A DNA stretch of 63,142 bases, the filler included, from Octopus bimaculoides (lineage: Eukaryota): assembly GCF_001194135.2 (NCBI RefSeq). It is 10 parts of 10 records of this genome, joined end to end, with 100 filler letters (N's around TTAATTAATTAA, not from the genome) between each part and the next. Parts side by side here need not be neighbours in the genome. Positions count along the whole stretch, not along the records: positions 51,844 to 59,224 come from NC_068987.1; positions 59,325 to 61,008 come from NW_026389133.1; positions 61,109 to 63,142 come from NW_026363335.1; 7 more parts are not named here. One strand, written 5' to 3'. This document shows positions 56,195 through 63,142 of this stretch, in pieces. Under the pieces are notes generated by a model, which did no database searches, was not told the DNA's origin, and worked only from the letters and a program-made list of their open reading frames with translations. Made by a program: the position numbers and the translations under genes. Position 1 is the first letter of the stretch; every line of letters starts with the position of its first letter.

Positions 56195-56636
56195 CATAAT
56201 AATAATAATAATAATAATAGTAATAATAATAAATAACAGCAAAAACAAAAGCAACAATAAAAAAGGAATATTTATGCTGATAATGCAGTTATTAATTCAT
56301 GTAAATTGTAATCTTGTTGTGTTGACATTATAGAAATGAGAACAACAGATTAATATTAATATTAATATTAGCATTATTAGTATTTTTGTTGTTGTTGATG
56401 TTGTTGTTATTACAACTATTGTTATTGTTGTTGTTATTTATCATAATACTATAACATTTGGATAAGTGGCATTTCATAAGTTAGGTATGGATATATTTCA
56501 GCAAAAAACAAACAAAAAAAGAATTAAAAACTGTCAGTTTTGATATGAAAAATAATGAATAGAGAGATATAAAGAGATAGAGAGAATGGGAGTGAAGAGT
56601 GGTGGGAAAAAGAGAAAGAGACACGAAGATAGAGAT

Positions 56637-56709
<73 letters not shown>

Positions 56710-57406
56710 AAACACATGGACGCATACATATTATAAATTCATAAAGATATACATACATATAAATGTATGTGTCGGTAAGAATGATGTATACATACATACG
56801 TGAATGTAAATTTATATATATTTATACATATTCATGCACATGTACATGTTGCTATTATGCAAAAGTGTCGTAAGTCCAAAACGTTGCTTTTTCTGAAAAC
56901 GAAAAAATAGTTTCGCCATTCCATTTCTTTTTACGTTAGCAACAGTTTCAGCTTAACAATAATACTTTTTGGGTGCATAAAATCGTAACTCCATGCATGT
57001 ATGATATTTTCAGTCAGAAATATTTTTGCAAATACTAAATCGTTGTACTACTCTTTGACAATTTTCATCTGAAGCAGCTGGAGATACGATAGTTTGACCA
57101 AAAGAATCGGCTATTGCAAGCAAAATTAAATATTGAAAAGCAAAAACGGCATTTCGCCGAATTTGGACATACGATAGTTTAACATAATAGCAACGATATA
57201 CTTATATATATGTGCATGTGTGTACGTATATACATGGAGATATATAACGTATGTTATGCACGGTATATATTTGAGATATATATAGCATGTGTGTTTCCAT
57301 TCTTGCATATACACATGTATGCAAACTATGCATAAGTCCGGATCGACGAACATATAATTGGACGACTGTGTATGTTTGAACATGCCCGCACGTAGGCGTT
57401 CACATG

Positions 57407-57437
<31 letters not shown>

Positions 57438-57569
57438 TTGTTTGTTTGCGTGTGCTTATGTGTGTGTGCGTGTGTGTGTCTGAAAATGTGTATATATGTG
57501 TGCATGTGTGTGTATGTGTGTAAAGTCTAACATATCGAAGCAATCCACCATCTAGAAATGGTAGCTAAA

Positions 57570-57600
<31 letters not shown>

Positions 57601-58000
57601 TTCTCTCTCTCTCTTTATCAATCTATCTATCTATCTATCTATCTTCCTGTGTGTATATAAGACAAGTGTCTTTAACTAAAAGCTCGTTACATGTATGCAC
57701 GTATGTATGTATGTATGTATGTATGTATGTATGTACGAGGGGTGTATGAAAAGCTTTGAGCCTTGAAGTCTTGTACCTTCATCAGAAGTCTTGTACCAAG
57801 TTTTGTGGGGGTTTTTTTTTTTTTTTGAGGCTCAAGTCTTTCCATAAACCGCTAAGACACGGGGACATATACATACCAGCACCGGTTGACAAGCAGTGGT
57901 AGAGGGCAAACACATATATAGCTACACACACACACATGTATGTATGTATGTATGTATGTATGTATGTATGTATGTATGTGTGTATATATATATATACAAT

Positions 58001-58314
58001 AGGAGCACTCCGTCGGTTACGACGTCGAGGGTCCCAGCTGATACGATCAGCGGAACAGCCTGCTCGTGAAATTAACGTGCAAGTGACTGAACAATCCACA
58101 GACACGTGTACTCTTAACGTAGCTCCCGGGGAGACTCAGCGGGACACAGTGTGACAAGGCTGGCCCTTTGAAATACAGATACTACTCATTTTTGTTAGCT
58201 GATTTGACTGGAGCAACGTGAAATAAAGTGTCTTGCTCAAGGACACGACGCGCCGCCGAGAATTGAACTCACGACCTTACGATCGTGAGTCGAATGCCCT
58301 AACCACTAAGCCAC
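58001..58314 (-). mobile_element. tRNA-derived SINE family D
   Basis: The minus-strand head is gtggcttagtggttagggcattcgactcacgatcgtaaggtcgtgagttcaattc (A and B boxes). The body is shared with 1736-2036(-), 16835-17016(-), 53205-53340(-) and 53815-54127(+). Confidence 0.8.
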
Positions 58315-58599
58315 TGTATATAGGAAAAAGGACAGCAAAACGCGTATCTCAAGTCATAGAATATTTATTGGATGTTTTACATCTGTTTTGGGGATATCCC
58401 AATTGATAGGCTAGCATCTCCACACACTGGATATTCTGTCATCAGAGACAAGGTGAGTGGCGAAATAGCCAGTGTATAGAGATGGGATATCTCACTTGGG
58501 ATATCTCAAAAACAGATGTAAAACATCCAATAAATATTCTAAATGACTTGGGATACTCGTCCAGCCTTGGTTTTGTTGTCCTGTTTCCTCTAATATACA
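58315..58599. mobile_element. MITE-like foldback element (~285 bp)
   Basis: Core arms 58344-58402 and 58496-58556 differ by about three substitutions and a 2-nt indel. Weaker inner and outer extensions reach TATA-containing ends. The left end abuts the truncated head of a family D SINE. Confidence 0.6.
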
Positions 58600-59014
58600 C
58601 CTGCTAACTCGGAAACCTAATACGGATACCTGGTCCCCAGCCTCACCTGTGAACTTGGATCGCAACGGATGACCAGTTATAGCACTTACACAGCGTACCT
58701 TTCCGTTTAAATTACCGGTGATATAAAACCCTTCATATTCTTTATATACACATACACACATCTGTATACACATATGCATATATCTATCATGAGTAGGTGG
58801 ATCTCTGTGTTTGTTTCTCCTACATCATTTGATTAATCGGTGTTGGTTAATTTACGTCACCGTACTTAACGACAGACTAATTACTAGACAAAACAAAGAT
58901 AGTAGGATCGATTTGTCCGAATAGTCATACTTAAAGGGAGGTGCTTCAGCGTGGCTCCCATCCAATGACACAGACAAGTAATAGAGTACATAAAAGAACA
59001 TCTCTAATACAACT

Positions 59015-59224
59015 TATATGTATGTATGCATGTATGTATGTATGTATGTATGTATGCATGTATGTATGCATGTATGTATGTATGTATGTATGTATGTATG
59101 CATGTATGTATGCATGTATGTATGCATGTATGTATGTATGTATGTATGTATGTATGCATGTATGTATGTATGTATGTATGTATGTATGTATGTATGTATG
59201 TATGTATGTATGTATGTATGTATG
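59015..59224. repeat. (TATG)n tetranucleotide array with CATG variants
   Basis: Read directly; it ends at an assembly join. Confidence 0.9.
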
Positions 59225-59324
59225 NNNNNNNNNNNNNNNNNNNNNNNNNNNNNNNNNNNNNNNNNNNNTTAATTAATTAANNNNNNNNNNNNNNNNNNNN
59301 NNNNNNNNNNNNNNNNNNNNNNNN

Positions 59325-59364
<40 letters not shown>

Positions 59365-59852
59365 CAATTTATTTTGCACGACAAATAATCAGTATTTAGT
59401 TTATTTAGAACTCCATATATATTTCTCAGATGCCTGAAGGAAAAACCGTGAGGAGGTCTCCTATTGTAAGTCTACGGTATCATTTGTTTGGAATCCCTAG
59501 TTGAATATGTCACTGAGTACATATAGAAAACAAAACGAGATCGTTTATAATATATCTAGTTACATCATCTTGCGGACGTTTCATTAACAAAGAATGATCA
59601 TCAGTTATATTACGGAAAATAAGTAATCAAATTGCATTACTAAATATTCAGAGATGCTTAACTTTCATTCTTAATTAAAGTTACACATCCCTGAAGATTT
59701 GAGAACGCAATTTGATTACATAATTTATGTTATATAACTGACAATCATTCATAGTTAAGAAACATACACATGATAATGTAACTGAATATTTTATTACAAA
59801 GTCTGTTTTGTTTTGTTATATGTTTTGTTATACATGTGAGTGTATGTATATG

Positions 59853-59976
<124 letters not shown>

Positions 59977-60073
59977 TAATGGTAAGACAACTGAAGAATG
60001 AAAGAGACCTCGATATTATGTAAATAGAGGAATTTATCTATAATATAATATGTGACAATTATTCGGTTGCCGT

Positions 60074-60133
60074 AATAAGACTCCAAGTTTCGCATGTCGG
60101 GCGGAAACCTGCTCCGGCATCTCGTCAGTTATC
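60074..60133 (-). ncRNA. Minimal type I hammerhead ribozyme motif (intact core)
   Basis: The minus strand reads gataa-CTGACGA-gatgccgg[agcaggtttccgc]ccgacatgc-GAAA-cttggag-TC-ttatt. It has core CUGACGA (60128-60122), GAAA (60091-60088), a GUC triplet with predicted cleavage between 60079 and 60078, a 5-bp stem I, an imperfect stem II and a very short stem III. Confidence 0.6.
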
Positions 60134-60306
60134 GAGGCAGCCAAAATATGCTATGAAAATGACCGTTGAACAAAGGGAAATTACTATGTAATTGACCGTT
60201 ATTAAGACAAAAAAGTTACTAGAATGACTTAATAGCTCTTTTGTCTTAATAACAGTCAATTACCCTTTGTTGAACGGTCATTTTCATAGCATATTTTGAT
60301 TGCCTC

Positions 60307-60367
60307 GATAAGTGACGAGATGCTGGCGCAGGTTTCCGCCCCGACATCCGAAACTCGGAGTCTTATT
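60307..60367 (+). ncRNA. Degenerate hammerhead motif (inverted partner; C3->G core mutation)
   Basis: The plus strand reads gataa-GTGACGA-gatgctgg...ccgacatcc-GAAA-ctcggag-TC-ttatt. Stem III region ACTC-G-GAGT is palindromic, but the first core base is G instead of C. Confidence 0.45.
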
Positions 60368-61108
60368 ATGGCAACCGAATAAATGTCATATATTATATTA
60401 CAGATATATATACATATATATATAACTGGGGAAAAAGCATGATGTGTAGCAATTAACAATTCGTAAGAGGTTATCGTTGATAACACGAGAGAAAAGATGT
60501 ATATAAGTCAATTTGAAAGCTTCAATGAAGGCTCATGTAATGTAAGATTTATGTTATATAACATATATGAAATTATCTAAATATTATTTGATATGAGAGG
60601 TCGTTCATAGGCGATAATAACAGCACCTGTTCTTCTATAGGTATATAAAAAGGACAAATATTGTATGAGGAACGTATATATATATATATATATATGGAAC
60701 AAAAATGCAATAGATGACATTAAAACATTCGCCCAGATAGGCGATGCAAAGGCGGACAAGAGAAACAACAATTAGAAGGACAGGCAGAAAAAGACAACTC
60801 ATTCGTGTCTTTCTTTCCTCAGTCAAGTTCCAGAAGTCAAGGCTATTTCGGGCAGTTACACTTGAGATACATATCACACATATACACATACACATAACCT
60901 TAGAAATGTAATACTGAAATTGTAGAATCCTAGTGGAGAAACAATGGTCTCTATTGGCATATAATAAATACACGAATTCTGCTGAAAAGTGCAGATTTCT
61001 CTTCTTCANNNNNNNNNNNNNNNNNNNNNNNNNNNNNNNNNNNNNNNNNNNNTTAATTAATTAANNNNNNNNNNNNNNNNNNNNNNNNNNNNNNNNNNNN
61101 NNNNNNNN

Positions 61109-61459
61109 ACTTTGCCACTCTCCTGAAATTGCTGGCCTTGTGCCAAAATTTGAAACCAAAATTCCAGTGATGTTTATTGTCAATAAAATAAGTACCAGTT
61201 GAGCACTGGGGTCGATGTAATTGACTTTGCCACTCTCCTGAAATTGCTGGCCTTGTGCCAAAATTTGAAACCAGAATTCCAGTGGTGTTTATGGTCAATA
61301 AAATAAGTACCAGTTGAGCACTGGGGTCGATGTAATTGACTTTGCNNNNNNNNNNTGTCAATAAAATAAGTACCAGTTGAGCACTGGGGTCGATGTAATT
61401 GACTTTGCCACTCTCCTGAAATTGCTGGCCTTGTGCCAAAATTTGAAACCAGAATTCCT
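61109..61459 (+). repeat. 115-bp tandem repeat derived from the 3' half of SINE family A
   Basis: The unit actttgccactctcctgaaattgctggccttgtgcc...aataagtaccagttgagcactggggtcgatgtaattg starts at 61109, 61224 and 61339 and recurs after a 9-N gap. The units differ by only a few bases. Confidence 0.85.
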
Positions 61460-61674
61460 CTGATGTTTCTTGTATTTATTATAATTAATAGAGATTGTGT
61501 TTACTTAGTATCAGTGAAATGTTGATTATATTTTACTAATTGCTAATGTATTATAATAATTACATATAACTTTGTCTTCAAATACTTTTGTGTCTTGACC
61601 CACTGAACTCCCTAACTAACCCCTAATCCCCCACCAACGAAATGATTTTATCTTTTTATTTTTTCATAATTTAG

Positions 61675-63142
61675 TTGTGATGGACGTTTGTAGAAGAGAA
61701 CATCAACTGGAAGGTGTGAAGTTAAATGTTCAACCATTCCGGGAACCATCTGAAGAAAATACCATTTCAAGACAGCAAGTCTATGACTATTTACTACCTT
61801 CCAAGTTCCATCTGAGTTTTTTAAAGGAACATAGATCTGAAGTTAATGAGAAGTTAAAGAAATGGGCTGAAGTTCTTTGGGAATATTCCAAGTTTAATAA
61901 ACTGAAATTAAATTATTCTGAAGGAAATTTGGAGAAAATTGAACAGTCTTTGAAAGATTTATTAAATTCCATTACTGTTGAAATTATTGATGTTCCAACC
62001 GATATTTTTGAAGACATTGTTAGAATATTTAACAGTCAAGATGATAAGATGTATTTTTATTTTGATTACCCAAACTGCCAAGCTAATATTTTGGGATTTC
62101 ATAAAAGAAATGTGATTGAAATGAAAAACAGACTTTTGGATCATTTTAGAAAGATATGTGAGTATGATTTAAATATTCATGAAAGACGTATTCTATCTGG
62201 TCTCAGATTTTTTGAGCAGGCACAAAGACAATCTAAAGATCTAAAAGTCAGAATTCATGGTAACGAAGTTATTTTTGAAGGCCAGTCTTCTGAAATAACT
62301 AATTGTCAAAAGGATATGAATAAAATACTCCAGGCAGTTGTAAAATCTAAACTGTGCTTACCTTTAAATGCTGGAATGATCATAAATAAAAAACCAGTGA
62401 AAGAATACCTTGGTGAGAAACTGAGAGACAAGAAATGTATTGGTTCCTGGGAACCAGGTGATGGTGATTCAGTATTACTTTATGCAAGTGATAAAACACA
62501 TCTTTCAGATTTGGAAGAAATTATGAAACAAAGTTTTGTTGCCAATACATTGGATTTTGTAGACAAAATTAAGGGTACTCCAAATCATGGAAAGTGGTTG
62601 ACATTTGTTGAAAGTCTAAAAAAAGAGTTTCCAGATTCCCATTTTATTGGAGAAGATTCTATTGTTGCTGTTGATGCAATAATTAATGATATAAAAAGCA
62701 AAATTGATAACTTTGAGCAATCGTTAACTTATGAATCTTATATATCGATGCCTCTTGAACATTTCCTCTTTCTTAAAGAGTTCAATGAACAGGAAATCAA
62801 TGACTTTAGTGAGAAAAATAAAATGAAGAATGTGTGTCTCAAAGATGATAAGTTACACCTGAAAGGAACACAAAACCAAATTAGGAAAATGGAAACATTT
62901 ATAGGAAATTTAAGAAAAGATATCAGATCACAAGAAGTAAACTTTGAAATGTTTGGATTTCAAGAATTTCTGGAAAGTGAAGAAGGAAAGAATTTCTTAT
63001 GTGAAATGCAGAATCAATCTGAGAGTATAATATCATTAAATTCAGATTTAGGAAGTGAAACAGAAGAAATACTTAATTTCAAGTATAAAAATTGTGAAAT
63101 AGTGTTGAGGGAAGGTGACATCACGACTCTGGACACCGATGC
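61675..63142 (+). CDS. PARP14: Large internal exon (3'-incomplete, runs off window) of a PARP14-like macro-PARP (RRM end, KH-like region, start of macrodomain)
   Basis: A pyrimidine-rich acceptor (tctttttattttttcataatttag) ends at 61674. The reading frame from 61677 has no stop to the window end (~488 codons): VMDVCRREHQLEGVKLNVQPF...KYKNCEIVLREGDITTLDTDA. The C-terminal IVLREGDIT..DA matches the macrodomain N-terminal signature (GDIT...DAIVNAAN), and the N-terminal H.L.G..L.V.PF resembles an RRM end. The paralogue assignment (PARP14 vs PARP9/15) is inferred from architecture only. Confidence 0.8.

Noticed and set aside
57733-57800. Mariner-like TIR start (tacgaggggtgtatgaaaag) with a 13-bp local duplication
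   Set aside because: There is no second TIR or transposase sequence, so it is too short to call.
61109-61459. CRISPR-like regular repeats
   Set aside because: The units are contiguous 115-bp SINE-derived repeats with no unique spacers, there are no cas genes, and the context is eukaryotic.

Overview
This is eukaryotic, AT-rich DNA packed with microsatellites and transposons. The SINE and LINE families look like those of an octopod cephalopod (inference from repeat sequence; not database-checked). Many sized N gaps are present, plus nine 100-bp joins (44 N + TTAATTAATTAA + 44 N), so long-range contiguity is uncertain. The only well-supported host gene is a large exon at 61675-63142 (+, open to the window end, missing from the ORF track). 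It encodes about 488 aa running from an RRM-like end to the start of a macrodomain (GDITTLDTDA), consistent with a PARP14-like macro-PARP. The rest is a graveyard of mobile elements: a full-length decayed DD37D (maT) Tc1/mariner, three Penelope-like relics, (AAT)n-embedded R4/Dong-type RLE LINE 3' ends, a Tx1/L1 3' end, a Helitron/Helentron Rep fragment, RTE relics and at least three tRNA-derived SINE families. Nearly all listed short ORFs are microsatellite or N-gap artefacts. The most interesting structure not explained by ORFs is an inverted repeat at ~60036-60405 whose arms each carry a minimal type I hammerhead-ribozyme motif; the minus-strand copy has an intact catalytic core. The window also has an unusually rich set of foldback structures (10198-11035, 27161-27223, 37564-37876, 40068-40530, 58315-58599). 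No CRISPR array, rRNA or intact tRNA gene is supported.
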